Origin: Microgenomates group bacterium
Lineage (GTDB): Bacteria > Patescibacteriota > Microgenomatia > UBA1406 > GWC2-37-13
Reading direction: 5' to 3'
DNA length: 64,000 nt
Assembly (NCBI GenBank): GCA_029906985.1
Contig: JARYMT010000001.1
Coordinates: 67,223-131,222 of the forward strand
Part shown: positions 9,811 through 19,020 of the stretch, piece after piece
Layout: each line of letters opens with the position of its first letter
Position numbering within the stretch: the first letter of the stretch is position 1
Program-made: the position numbers and the translations under genes
Notes under the pieces: model-generated
The model's input: the letters and a program-made list of their open reading frames with translations, nothing else
What the model was told of the DNA's origin: nothing
Databases searched by the model: none

Positions 9811-11472
9811 ATGAAAAATTATTTTTTAATATTGGTTTTTGCTTTTGGCTTTCTTTTTTTAAGTTATGTTCCCAATTTTTATGAAGTCTCGCTAGTTGAC
9901 CAAATTGCTTCCGACCGGACAATAATTTTGGGCGAACATATTTATCCTTATGATTATAATGTTTATCTTTCAAAAATCAGACAAGGGGCAGAGGGCCGTT
10001 TAACTGTGGTTGATAAGTATGATAATAATCCAAGTCAAAAAGGTGTTTTTTTACAAATGTTTTATCTGCTCTCTGGAAAAGTGGGTGGCTTTTTTAGACT
10101 TGAACCGGGCACAATTTATTTTTTAATGCGGTTGTTTGCTTCTGTTTTTTGGCTTTTAACGATCGTTTTTTTAAATATCTTGTTTCTTCGGCAAAAACGA
10201 TTTTATCTTTTGGGAATTATTTTATGTCTTTTAAGTGCCAGTTGGCCGGTAATTGCTAAAATTGATAATCAATTTTGGTTAAAAGGTTATATGGACTGGT
10301 GGCAGGAGATGGATGTCTTAAAAAGAATTAGTTTTTTGCCCCATGATGTTGTTAATTACCTAAATCTTGCCTTTTTAAATATTTTCCTTTATTTTTTTTC
10401 AATCACCAACCAGAAAAAATATTTCTTTTTTATCGCTGTGATATTGTTTTTTTCTTTTTTCATTCATCCGGCAGCCGGCTTGACTTTTTTGATTTCCTGG
10501 TTTTTGTTCCACTTTATAAAATTTATTTTCTTTAAGGAAAAAGTCAATCGATACAAAAAAAATAATTTAAAAAAATTTTTTCTTACGACTTTGGTTTTGG
10601 TTTTAGTAAGTTTAATCCCCCTTTTTTATATCAAAACAGTTGTCTCCGCTTACCCGTGGAAAACCTTGGTCGATTTTGATCAATACCAACGCCTGCCTTT
10701 TTCTTTAAAAGAATATTTTTTAGCTTTGGGGCCGATATTAATCAGTGGTTTTTTTGGCATCTTTCTGGTCTTCTTACAAAAAAATCGCCGGTTTTTAATT
10801 TTGACCAGCTGGTTTTTGTCTACTCTAATGGGGATGGTAATTTTCACCTTTTTCCCCTGGCAGTCGCCGATGCGTTTTGTCCAAACTGCCAATCATATTC
10901 CTTTGGCGATTTTGTCTGTTTATTTTTTTGAGGCAATGTTAAAAAGAAAAAAATTCTCGCTTAATTTAATCTTGTATATATTAATAACAATCACGATTGT
11001 TTCCGGTGGCCTGTTGACTTTTTATTCTTTGAAAAGCCAAAATCATTTCATTCATCAAAGGGTCGTAGCAACAATCCCTTTGGTTCCCTATCCTCCCCAA
11101 GTCATGTATCCTTTAACTGATTTTTATCAGGGATTAAAATGGCTTGAGAAAAATACTGATCGGCAGAGCATTGTTTTATCAAAAATTACTGCCGGTAATT
11201 ATATCCCCGCCTATGCCGGCAATTTTGTCTTTTTTGGTCATGTTGGAGAAACGCCCCATTTTTTTGAACGAGAAAAGTTGGTAAATAATTTCTTTTCTGG
11301 ATTAATGAATCCCGGGGAGGCTAAAGATTTTTTGAAAAAAGAAGGTATAAATTACATTTTTTATGGACCGCAGGAGAAAGATGGCGCTATTAGAGACATT
11401 GACCGATATGATTTTATAAAACCTGTTTTTAAATCAAATTATGTTACTATATATTCTTTTACAAAAGAATAA
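9811..11472 (+). CDS. polytopic membrane protein (GT-C-like candidate), paralogue 1
   Basis: 553 aa, many TM helices plus a C-terminal soluble domain. C-terminal region (..AKDFLKKEGINYIFYGPQEKDG..) parallels the next ORF (..ALNFLKKNHFDYVYFGYQEAYGGG..), indicating tandem paralogy. Confidence 0.5.
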   Translation: MKNYFLILVFAFGFLFLSYVPNFYEVSLVDQIASDRTIILGEHIYPYDYNVYLSKIRQGAEGRLTVVDKYDNNPSQKGVFLQMFYLLSGKVGGFFRLEPGTIYFLMRLFASVFWLLTIVFLNILFLRQKRFYLLGIILCLLSASWPVIAKIDNQFWLKGYMDWWQEMDVLKRISFLPHDVVNYLNLAFLNIFLYFFSITNQKKYFFFIAVILFFSFFIHPAAGLTFLISWFLFHFIKFIFFKEKVNRYKKNNLKKFFLTTLVLVLVSLIPLFYIKTVVSAYPWKTLVDFDQYQRLPFSLKEYFLALGPILISGFFGIFLVFLQKNRRFLILTSWFLSTLMGMVIFTFFPWQSPMRFVQTANHIPLAILSVYFFEAMLKRKKFSLNLILYILITITIVSGGLLTFYSLKSQNHFIHQRVVATIPLVPYPPQVMYPLTDFYQGLKWLEKNTDRQSIVLSKITAGNYIPAYAGNFVFFGHVGETPHFFEREKLVNNFFSGLMNPGEAKDFLKKEGINYIFYGPQEKDGAIRDIDRYDFIKPVFKSNYVTIYSFTKE

Positions 11473-11561
11473 AATTCAAGTCGCAAATCAATGATAAATG
11501 ATAAAAAAGTTTAGAAATTTGTTCGCTTTGCTTGATTACCAAAGCGGGTTATTTTTAACTC

Positions 11562-13151
11562 ATGCAAAAATTTACCAATCAGGAAAAAAATAACCTTTTT
11601 TGGTACTTTCTTGTCCCTGTTTTAATTAGCATCACTCTAATTATTTCCCTTTCTCCCTGGTTTTTTGAGTTTTTGGCAACACCGGTTAATCGGGTTTTTA
11701 GTGGAATCAACCGTTGGAGCGTTGATTATTTTCTATACCTTTCTTATGTAGAACTAGGCCGCCGGGGACAGCTTTTGACTAAACTTCTCTTTACCACTGC
11801 TCCGCAAAAACCTGTTTTTGCTCATCTTGTCTATACTCTTCCCGGTCTTGTTTTTGGTAAATTTTTGGGTTTAAGTAGTGTTTTTATCTATCATCTATTT
11901 CGCGGTCTTTACGGTTTAATGTTTTTAATTACTACCATTATTTTTTTCTATAGTTTTACTAAAAGTAAAATTATTACTTTATTGTCTTTTTTATTGACTT
12001 TTTATGTCTCTGGTTTTGCTAAAGTTGACTCCTGGTCGCCTTTAAAATTTTCCCGTCAGCTTGACTGGCTTCAGGAGCAAAATATCATAGAAAGGGCTAC
12101 CGGACCGCTCCATTATAGTTTGGGATTTGTCTTTTTTCTTTTGGCAATCGTTTGGTTTTTCCGAGTAAAGACAAAGCCACTGATAAAATTTTTAGTTTTC
12201 GGGCTTTTACTTAACCTGACTCTTTTTAGTAATCCTTTTTCTTATCTGGTGGCTGGTTTTACTTTTGTTGTTTACAGTTTATTTTTATTGATTGGCAATC
12301 ATAAAAATATTAAAGAATTATTAGCTATTATTTTGGGTTTTTTGACAACTTTACCTTTAATTTTTTATTACCAAATTGTTCTTTCGGGCGAGATTTGGGG
12401 GAAAACCGGTATGTCGCCAAAATATTATGTCGTCACTCATCCGCCACTTTATTTTTGGCCAACTATCTTATCGATCGGGCCAATTTTTTTCTTAGGCATC
12501 ACGGGAATAATATATTGTTGGCAGTCGAAAAAACAATTCTTGGGCAAAAAAGAGTTTATTTTTCTGGCTTTATGGCCAATTGTCCAGTCTCTCCTTTTCT
12601 TTTTTGGTGATTATTTAAAAATTCATCCTTTGCGAATTTTTAGCGGTCTTTATTATTTGCCTTTGGCTTTGTTCTCGGCTATTTTTGTTAAAGAAATTTT
12701 TCCGAAAAAATTTTGGCTGGTGATTTTTATTCTTTTTGTCATCACTTTCCCTAACTATTATTTGTCTTATATCGACCGCCTCTACGCCTTTACCAATTTT
12801 AAAGAATTTGGCCGGTTTTCTTATCCGACTAAAAAACAGGTGGAAGCACTAAGGTTTTTGGAAAAAAATAGTCCGGTCGGTAGCGGTCTTTTAGCGATGT
12901 ATGAAATTAGTTCATTAAGTATTGGTTTTTCCGGAAATTCATCCGAATTCAGCTTGGACCAACAAATAAAAGCTAGATTTTATAACAACCAAATGGATAA
13001 TCAAGAGGCTCTTAATTTTCTTAAAAAAAATCATTTTGATTATGTTTATTTTGGCTATCAAGAAGCTTATGGCGGCGGCAATCCTGAAAAATATCCTTTT
13101 TTAAAAAAAATTTTTGAAAATGAGGAAGCCAAAATTTATAAAGTGAAATAA
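11562..13151 (+). CDS. polytopic membrane protein (GT-C-like candidate), paralogue 2
   Basis: 529 aa with the same architecture and shared C-terminal motifs as 9811..11472. Confidence 0.5.
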   Translation: MQKFTNQEKNNLFWYFLVPVLISITLIISLSPWFFEFLATPVNRVFSGINRWSVDYFLYLSYVELGRRGQLLTKLLFTTAPQKPVFAHLVYTLPGLVFGKFLGLSSVFIYHLFRGLYGLMFLITTIIFFYSFTKSKIITLLSFLLTFYVSGFAKVDSWSPLKFSRQLDWLQEQNIIERATGPLHYSLGFVFFLLAIVWFFRVKTKPLIKFLVFGLLLNLTLFSNPFSYLVAGFTFVVYSLFLLIGNHKNIKELLAIILGFLTTLPLIFYYQIVLSGEIWGKTGMSPKYYVVTHPPLYFWPTILSIGPIFFLGITGIIYCWQSKKQFLGKKEFIFLALWPIVQSLLFFFGDYLKIHPLRIFSGLYYLPLALFSAIFVKEIFPKKFWLVIFILFVITFPNYYLSYIDRLYAFTNFKEFGRFSYPTKKQVEALRFLEKNSPVGSGLLAMYEISSLSIGFSGNSSEFSLDQQIKARFYNNQMDNQEALNFLKKNHFDYVYFGYQEAYGGGNPEKYPFLKKIFENEEAKIYKVK

Positions 13152-13190
13152 AGTGTTTCTCCCACAATAAAACTCTTTGGGAAAACACCA

Positions 13191-13832
13191 TTACTTTTCA
13201 AAAATCAAAAAGCTTTGTCGGCCGAAAAAATGCCAAAAAAACGGCAACTTTAAATAAAGTTTTACTAAAGAAATTGCTCTTGGAAAATTGCTTTTGGTAG
13301 TATAAGGAAGAAAACGAAGAATCCTTTTTTTAAGTTTAAAACCAAAAGTCAGAAAAATTTCTTCCAAAGCGCGGTCGTCAATTGGGGTTAAATGATCAAA
13401 AAACTGCCAATAATCATTGGGAATAAGTCGGATATTGGGCTGAAGAATTAATACTTGTCCGCCTTTTTTCAAAATCCTTTTAAATTCTTTTATCGTCGCG
13501 ATTATATCACTTCTTGTTAAGTGTTCAAAAAAATTACTGACAAAAATCTTGTCAATAGAATTTTTCTTCAAAAAAGGCATTTTTGTTGACGAGGCTCGAT
13601 AAAAAATAATTTCCTGTTTTAGGTGTTTTTTTGCCTCGGTGTTTAAATCAACCGCCAATTTTTTCCGGCAACGAATTTGATTAATAAATTCTCCATAACC
13701 GCAGCCAATATCAACAACGGTATCTTTTTTATTAATAAACTGTTGGAAAAATGATTCCACCAAAACCTGCCAGAGTTTTTGGCGCCACTTTAAATCATCG
13801 TATCTTTCTTGGTAAATTTTTTTTAAGTTCAT
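13191..13832 (-). CDS. class I SAM-dependent methyltransferase
   Basis: Motif I VVDIGCGYGEF, post-I acidic residue, later GGQVLILQPN. Size typical of Methyltransf_11-like proteins. Confidence 0.75.
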   Translation of the reverse strand: MNLKKIYQERYDDLKWRQKLWQVLVESFFQQFINKKDTVVDIGCGYGEFINQIRCRKKLAVDLNTEAKKHLKQEIIFYRASSTKMPFLKKNSIDKIFVSNFFEHLTRSDIIATIKEFKRILKKGGQVLILQPNIRLIPNDYWQFFDHLTPIDDRALEEIFLTFGFKLKKRILRFLPYTTKSNFPRAISLVKLYLKLPFFWHFFGRQSFLIFEK

Positions 13833-13916
13833 ATTTTTTTATTAACCGTCTACTTTAAAACAATCGGCTTGATAAATCCTAGCCCCGGTTGTGAGAGCAA
13901 AATGGTTTAAAATGGT

Positions 13917-14618
13917 TCAAGTTTTTAATAAATAAAAATACCATTTTATATATTTTGGTAACCATTTTATCAATTTAAATTTTGATTTCCCTTCCGTTCG
14001 ATCTTGCCAACTGGTTGGTATTTCTGTTATTTTATACCCTTTTTTAAAAGCTTTAACTATTATTTCAAAGTTGTACTCAAAACCGCCGGTGCTTTCGATG
14101 TTAATTTCATCAACAACCTTTTTTTTATACATTTTAAAAGCATTAGTAACATCATGAGTAGGGATTTTAAATAAAAAATGGGCGCTTAATCCCGCCAATC
14201 TTGATAAATTTTTTTTAACAAAAGGGCCACCAATCATCTGCCCTCCAGGCATATAACGACTGCCGCAAACAATATCATAACCTTTTTTGATTTGCTGATA
14301 CATTAAATCAATTTTGCTGATATCATCGGACAAATCTGCCATAACGACGGCAATCGCTTTTCCTTGAGCTTTTTTAAATCCGGTTTTTACGGCATTGACT
14401 ACTCCCCGACCATTACCAAAAGAATTTTTTATTAATTTGATGTTAAAGTCTTTGGTTTCTTTTAAATATTTTTTGACCACCGGAATGGTCGGATCTTTTT
14501 CAAAATCGTAAATAAGTAAAATTTCACAAGCGGTCTTAACTTTTTTTTTAATTTCGTTAAGAGTTTTAATGATGTTTTTTTCTTCCCAGAAAACGGGAAT
14601 AATGATTGAAAGATCCAT
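13917..14618 (-). CDS. family 2 glycosyltransferase, polyprenyl-phosphate sugar synthase-like (Dpm1/ArnC type)
   Basis: N-terminus MDLSIIIPVFWEEKNI, acidic motif VVMADLSDD, soluble about 230-aa size typical of dolichyl/undecaprenyl-phosphate glycosyltransferases. Confidence 0.7.
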   Translation of the reverse strand: MDLSIIIPVFWEEKNIIKTLNEIKKKVKTACEILLIYDFEKDPTIPVVKKYLKETKDFNIKLIKNSFGNGRGVVNAVKTGFKKAQGKAIAVVMADLSDDISKIDLMYQQIKKGYDIVCGSRYMPGGQMIGGPFVKKNLSRLAGLSAHFLFKIPTHDVTNAFKMYKKKVVDEINIESTGGFEYNFEIIVKAFKKGYKITEIPTSWQDRTEGKSKFKLIKWLPKYIKWYFYLLKT

Positions 14619-14730
14619 ATAATAGCCAATTTACAAATATTAATCAAAAAATCATAAATGATCAATCAAACTTAAATTATAAATATCAAATTATCAACTT
14701 GTTGTTTGATGTTTGTCATTGATTTGCTAT

Positions 14731-15753
14731 TTAAAGTTTTCCAGTTGTTGATTTTATCCATAAAATTACTTCGTCTAAAATTTCATCAAGAGTGGTTTTT
14801 GCTTCGAAATTTAAGATTTTTTTGGCTTTTCTGACATCGGGAATCCTCTTTTGAACATCATAGGTAAATGGCTTTTCGCTGATATAACGAAAAGGTTTAT
14901 GGGGATTAATTTTTTTCCAAATTAACTTGGCTAATTCAAGGACAGTGGTCGATTTATCGGTAGCAATATTAAAATCTTCATTCTTTGCTTTGGGAGAGAA
15001 AATTGCTTTGACAATCCCTTTGGCAATATCTCCGCCATAGGTATAATGTCTGATTTGTTTTCCGTCGCCAAAAATATGAACCGGGTCTTGCCCGTTTAAA
15101 ATTTTATAAACCAGGTCAGGAACTACATGACTTAAAGCTAGTTTGATATTACCACTTTTTACCTCTTTTTCGGCCGCCGCCCTCATTTCACCGATTCCAA
15201 CACAATTAAATGGCCGAATAATTGTATATGGCAATTGGTATTGTTCCCAAGCCCCTTTGGCAAAATATTCGCTACTTAACTTTTGAAAGCCATAAGTTGA
15301 TTTTGGTGGCGGCGATGTTAAAACAGCTGTTTCGGGTGTAGGAAAAATATCAGTTGATTCAAAAACCATGCTTGAGGAAATAACAATAATTTTTTTAAGT
15401 TTAAATTTTTTAGAGGCTTTTATGGCAGCATCAAAAGTTGAAGCGGTAATTCTTTCATTTTCGGCTAACAGATCATAAGCATAGCGGTGAAAATAAGCAA
15501 TGCCGCCAATCATGGCCGCTCCAGCAACCAAATAATCACAATCTTTGAGGAGCCTTACTAATAAATAAGTGTTTTTAACATCGCCTTTGACAAATTTATA
15601 GTTCGGATTGTCATCATAACTTTTTTTAATTGGACCATATTTTGAATAATTATCGATGCCCACGACAAAGTGACCCTGTCTAAGCAGCTCTTCCACTAAA
15701 TAACCGCCGATAAATCCGGCTGAGCCGGTGACTAAAATTTTGGATTTTTTCAT
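14731..15753 (-). CDS. NAD-dependent nucleotide-sugar epimerase/dehydratase (extended SDR)
   Basis: Rossmann motif KILVTGSAGFIGGYLVEELLRQGH, catalytic YxxxK (STYGFQKLSSE). Confidence 0.8.
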   Translation of the reverse strand: MKKSKILVTGSAGFIGGYLVEELLRQGHFVVGIDNYSKYGPIKKSYDDNPNYKFVKGDVKNTYLLVRLLKDCDYLVAGAAMIGGIAYFHRYAYDLLAENERITASTFDAAIKASKKFKLKKIIVISSSMVFESTDIFPTPETAVLTSPPPKSTYGFQKLSSEYFAKGAWEQYQLPYTIIRPFNCVGIGEMRAAAEKEVKSGNIKLALSHVVPDLVYKILNGQDPVHIFGDGKQIRHYTYGGDIAKGIVKAIFSPKAKNEDFNIATDKSTTVLELAKLIWKKINPHKPFRYISEKPFTYDVQKRIPDVRKAKKILNFEAKTTLDEILDEVILWIKSTTGKL

Positions 15754-15799
15754 ATTTTATTTGAAAAAAGCTTAAACTTTTACTCTTTTTGTAAAACAG

Positions 15800-17044
15800 C
15801 TAGACCCGAAAAATTAACTTATTTGTTCTAAAAATATTCCAAATATCAACAACATAAGTCTTCCGAGCCAACCAGCCAAGGATTTTTTCTTTTTCTTTAA
15901 TATACTGTTTATGACGAGTGGCAACAACTACCACATCAATATTTTTTAGTGCTTTTTTAAGATCGGTAACAATCTCCTGATGACGATAAAATTTGACATA
16001 AGGGTCATGAAGAATTACTTTGGCTTGCTCACGAAGAAGGGCTTTTCTGATTTTAAAGCTTAAAGATTCTCGAATATCATCAATCTCTGGTTTAAAGGCT
16101 AATCCCAAAATCGTCACTTTTTTGTTTTGAAGTTTAATCCGCTCGCGGAGTTTTTTGATTAAAAATAAAGGCAATGCCTCATTGATTTTCCAACTGGCAA
16201 CAATCAAATCCAAAAAGGGATTTTCATTGATTAAAAAAAAGCCGTCTTTGAAAAGACATGGACCAGCGGTCAAGCCCGGTAAAACCAACCCTCCCCGTTT
16301 ATAATCCCGGTTAACCAATTCAATAATTTCATAAATATTGCGATGGAAGTTCTCGGCAATCACCATAAATTCATTGGCGATGGCAAAAGAAATATAGCGG
16401 TACATATTGGTAAAAAGTTTGGCTAGTTCGGCCGAGACCGAATCGGTAATAAAAGATTTGATCCCTAAATCAGTAAAAAAAGAAAAAGCTTTTTTTGTTG
16501 ACTGATTGTCTATGCCGCCAATAATTTGGGGGATTTCTTTTAACTCCTTAAGGGCTTTTCCTTCAGCAATCCTTTCCGGGCAAAAAGCAATGAAAAAATT
16601 TTCCCCAATTTTGAATTTTGTTTTTTTTTCAATAAATTCGCCGGCATAAAGGGTGGTTCTTGGAGCCACTGTGCTTCTTAAAATTAAAAGCTGGTTTTTT
16701 TTAAGAAATGGGGAAATTTTTTCTAAAGTATTATCAATTTGATCATATTCAGGATTCATATTGGCATCAACCGGCGTTCCCAAGGTTAAGATAATGTTTT
16801 CTACTTCTTTTGCTTTTTGGTAGTCGGTAGTTGGAAAAAATGATCGATTAATATATTTTTTTAAAATTCTTTCTGCTCCTTCCTCCATAAACGGCATGGT
16901 TCCTTTTTTCAGAAGATTAATTTTTGCTTGATCAATATCTATACCAATTACTTGATGCTGGTGATCGGCCAAAAATAAAGCCATTGGCAGGCCTACCCGA
17001 CCAAGGCCGATTACCGCCGCTGTTTTCTTTTTCATAATTGACAA
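15800..17044 (-). CDS. nucleotide-sugar dehydrogenase (UDP-glucose/GDP-mannose dehydrogenase family)
   Basis: N-terminal AVIGLGRVGLPMALFLAD Rossmann fold, catalytic-Cys region LTAGPCLFKDG, three-domain length of about 410 aa. Confidence 0.8.
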   Translation of the reverse strand: MSIMKKKTAAVIGLGRVGLPMALFLADHQHQVIGIDIDQAKINLLKKGTMPFMEEGAERILKKYINRSFFPTTDYQKAKEVENIILTLGTPVDANMNPEYDQIDNTLEKISPFLKKNQLLILRSTVAPRTTLYAGEFIEKKTKFKIGENFFIAFCPERIAEGKALKELKEIPQIIGGIDNQSTKKAFSFFTDLGIKSFITDSVSAELAKLFTNMYRYISFAIANEFMVIAENFHRNIYEIIELVNRDYKRGGLVLPGLTAGPCLFKDGFFLINENPFLDLIVASWKINEALPLFLIKKLRERIKLQNKKVTILGLAFKPEIDDIRESLSFKIRKALLREQAKVILHDPYVKFYRHQEIVTDLKKALKNIDVVVVATRHKQYIKEKEKILGWLARKTYVVDIWNIFRTNKLIFRV

Positions 17045-17111
17045 AATAATTTTCGTGAATAAAATTTGTTTAGCTCTATTATACTATGTTTTAAGATTGC
17101 TCAAATTTTTT

Positions 17112-17948
17112 ATGAAATGCCCTTTGTGCCGAAAAAATAATTTTCGATTAATCATCAAGACTAAATGGCCGATTAAAAAATGTCTTTACTGTGGTCTGGT
17201 TCAGGTTAATCCCCTACCAAGCCGAAAAGAAATTAATTCTCTTTATCAGGGAGATTATTATAAAAATTTTCAACCCTATTTTTCTCAATTAAACAATCAC
17301 CGAAAATATTTTAAAAAACAGATAAAAGAAATTAAAAAATATTTTAAAACAGGCAAAATTCTTGATGTTGGCTGTGCTTTAGGTCCTTTTTTGGAAGTTG
17401 GCCGCCGGGAGGGGTTTCAGGCCGAAGGAGTGGAAATTTCTGATTATGCGGTGGCTTATTGCCGGAAAAAAAACCTGACAGCCTATACGGGAACAATTTT
17501 TTCAATAAAAAAACCAAATTATTATGATATTATCACTGCTTTTGAATTAATTGAGCACGAGAGAGAGCCTTTGAAAATGCTTTCGGCGGCATATAAATTG
17601 CTGAAAAAAAACGGTTTATTAGTTATAACTACGCCAAATTATGACTCTTTTTGGCGGAAAATTTTTGGTCGGTTTTGGATTGGTTATCGTCATCGCGAAC
17701 ACTTATTTTTTTTCTCGCCAAAAACTTTGACAATTATTCTCAAAAAAGTTGGTTTTAGAAATATTATCATTAAAAAAGATATTCCACGTCCGTATAGTTT
17801 TGATTATTTTTTTCGTCGGTTGGCAGATTATATTCCGATAATTTTTTTAAAACGTATTCTGTTTTTTATGGGAGAACTTGTCAAACGAATCAATTTTAGC
17901 CCCCCTCTTAATCCCTGGGAAAATATGATAGTTTATGCTTATAAATAA
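17112..17948 (+). CDS. SAM-dependent methyltransferase with N-terminal Cys4 zinc-ribbon
   Basis: MKCPLCRKNNF...CLYCGL zinc ribbon, motif I ILDVGCALGPFLE, GLLVITTPN. The track ORF starts at GTG 17055; ATG 17112 is more plausible. Confidence 0.7.
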   Translation: MKCPLCRKNNFRLIIKTKWPIKKCLYCGLVQVNPLPSRKEINSLYQGDYYKNFQPYFSQLNNHRKYFKKQIKEIKKYFKTGKILDVGCALGPFLEVGRREGFQAEGVEISDYAVAYCRKKNLTAYTGTIFSIKKPNYYDIITAFELIEHEREPLKMLSAAYKLLKKNGLLVITTPNYDSFWRKIFGRFWIGYRHREHLFFFSPKTLTIILKKVGFRNIIIKKDIPRPYSFDYFFRRLADYIPIIFLKRILFFMGELVKRINFSPPLNPWENMIVYAYK

Positions 17949-18009
17949 ATCTTTTTTTTTGGGAAAAATTTTCTCGATAAGAATTAAAAGACAATGATAT
18001 AATTTTCCC

Positions 18010-19017
18010 ATGAAAAAAATTATTCTCTCGATTGTTGTCCCCGCTTATAATTGTCAAAACTCGATTAAAAACTTGCTTTTCTCTATTAACCGATCAAAAT
18101 TTCGTCATTTTGGGCAAATCGAGACCATCATTGTTGATGATCGATCAACGGATAAAACTATCGAAGTAATAAAAAAAATTGCTCCCCAATTAAAATTTCC
18201 TCTTCGTTTAATTAGGTTAAAAAAAAATGCTGGACCGGCGAGAGCTCGTAATTTAGGAGTTAAAAAATCACGCGGTAATTATATTTTATTTCTGGATTCT
18301 GACGTCGAACTTTTTCCCAAGACCTTAGATTTTGCTTTTCAATTGGTAAAAAAACATCAGGTCAAAGCTTTTACCGGCCTTTGGCATTATCGGCAAAAAA
18401 GCCAAAAATTTTTTCCCCAATTTAAGGCTTTAAGAGACTGGGGGTATTGGACGATTGAAAGAAACCGGGGTTGGCGGTATTATCTTTTTTCCACCCGGAT
18501 TGCCGGAATCGAAAAAAAACTTTTTCAAAAAATTGGCGGTTTTTCTGAAAGTTATAAAGGGCCGACTGTTGAAGATATTGAATTAACCTACAAAATTGAA
18601 AAGTTGGCCCCGATTAAATTTTATCACCGACTGATGGTTGGCCATGAATTTGAAGATTTTGCCACCATTGCTAAAAAATATTTTTTAAGAAGCCGCGATT
18701 GGATTGCTCTTTACCGCAAAAGATTAAGGTTTGATCCGGTCGCTACCACTCCTAAAGAAGCATTAAAACCAATTGTTGCCAGTCTTTTAATTTTTTCTTT
18801 AATGATAAGTTTATTTTATTGGCCCTTTCTTTATTATTCATTCTGGCTCTTTCTGATTTATGGATTTCTCGAACGATATTTCTGGCGGTTTTTGATCAAA
18901 AAAAAGGGGTTCTGGTTTTTTTTAAAAAGTCTCCCGGTGGCAATTTTTTTATATTTAATTATTGCCTTAGGAAGCGTTTACGGCTTAATTTTATCGATTA
19001 TTAAATCTCAAAAATAA
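18010..19017 (+). CDS. family 2 glycosyltransferase with C-terminal TM helices
   Basis: LSIVVPAYNCQNSI, IIVDDRSTD, GPARARNLG, FLDSDV (DxD) motifs. The last about 90 aa are hydrophobic. Confidence 0.75.
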   Translation: MKKIILSIVVPAYNCQNSIKNLLFSINRSKFRHFGQIETIIVDDRSTDKTIEVIKKIAPQLKFPLRLIRLKKNAGPARARNLGVKKSRGNYILFLDSDVELFPKTLDFAFQLVKKHQVKAFTGLWHYRQKSQKFFPQFKALRDWGYWTIERNRGWRYYLFSTRIAGIEKKLFQKIGGFSESYKGPTVEDIELTYKIEKLAPIKFYHRLMVGHEFEDFATIAKKYFLRSRDWIALYRKRLRFDPVATTPKEALKPIVASLLIFSLMISLFYWPFLYYSFWLFLIYGFLERYFWRFLIKKKGFWFFLKSLPVAIFLYLIIALGSVYGLILSIIKSQK

Positions 19018-19020
19018 TTT

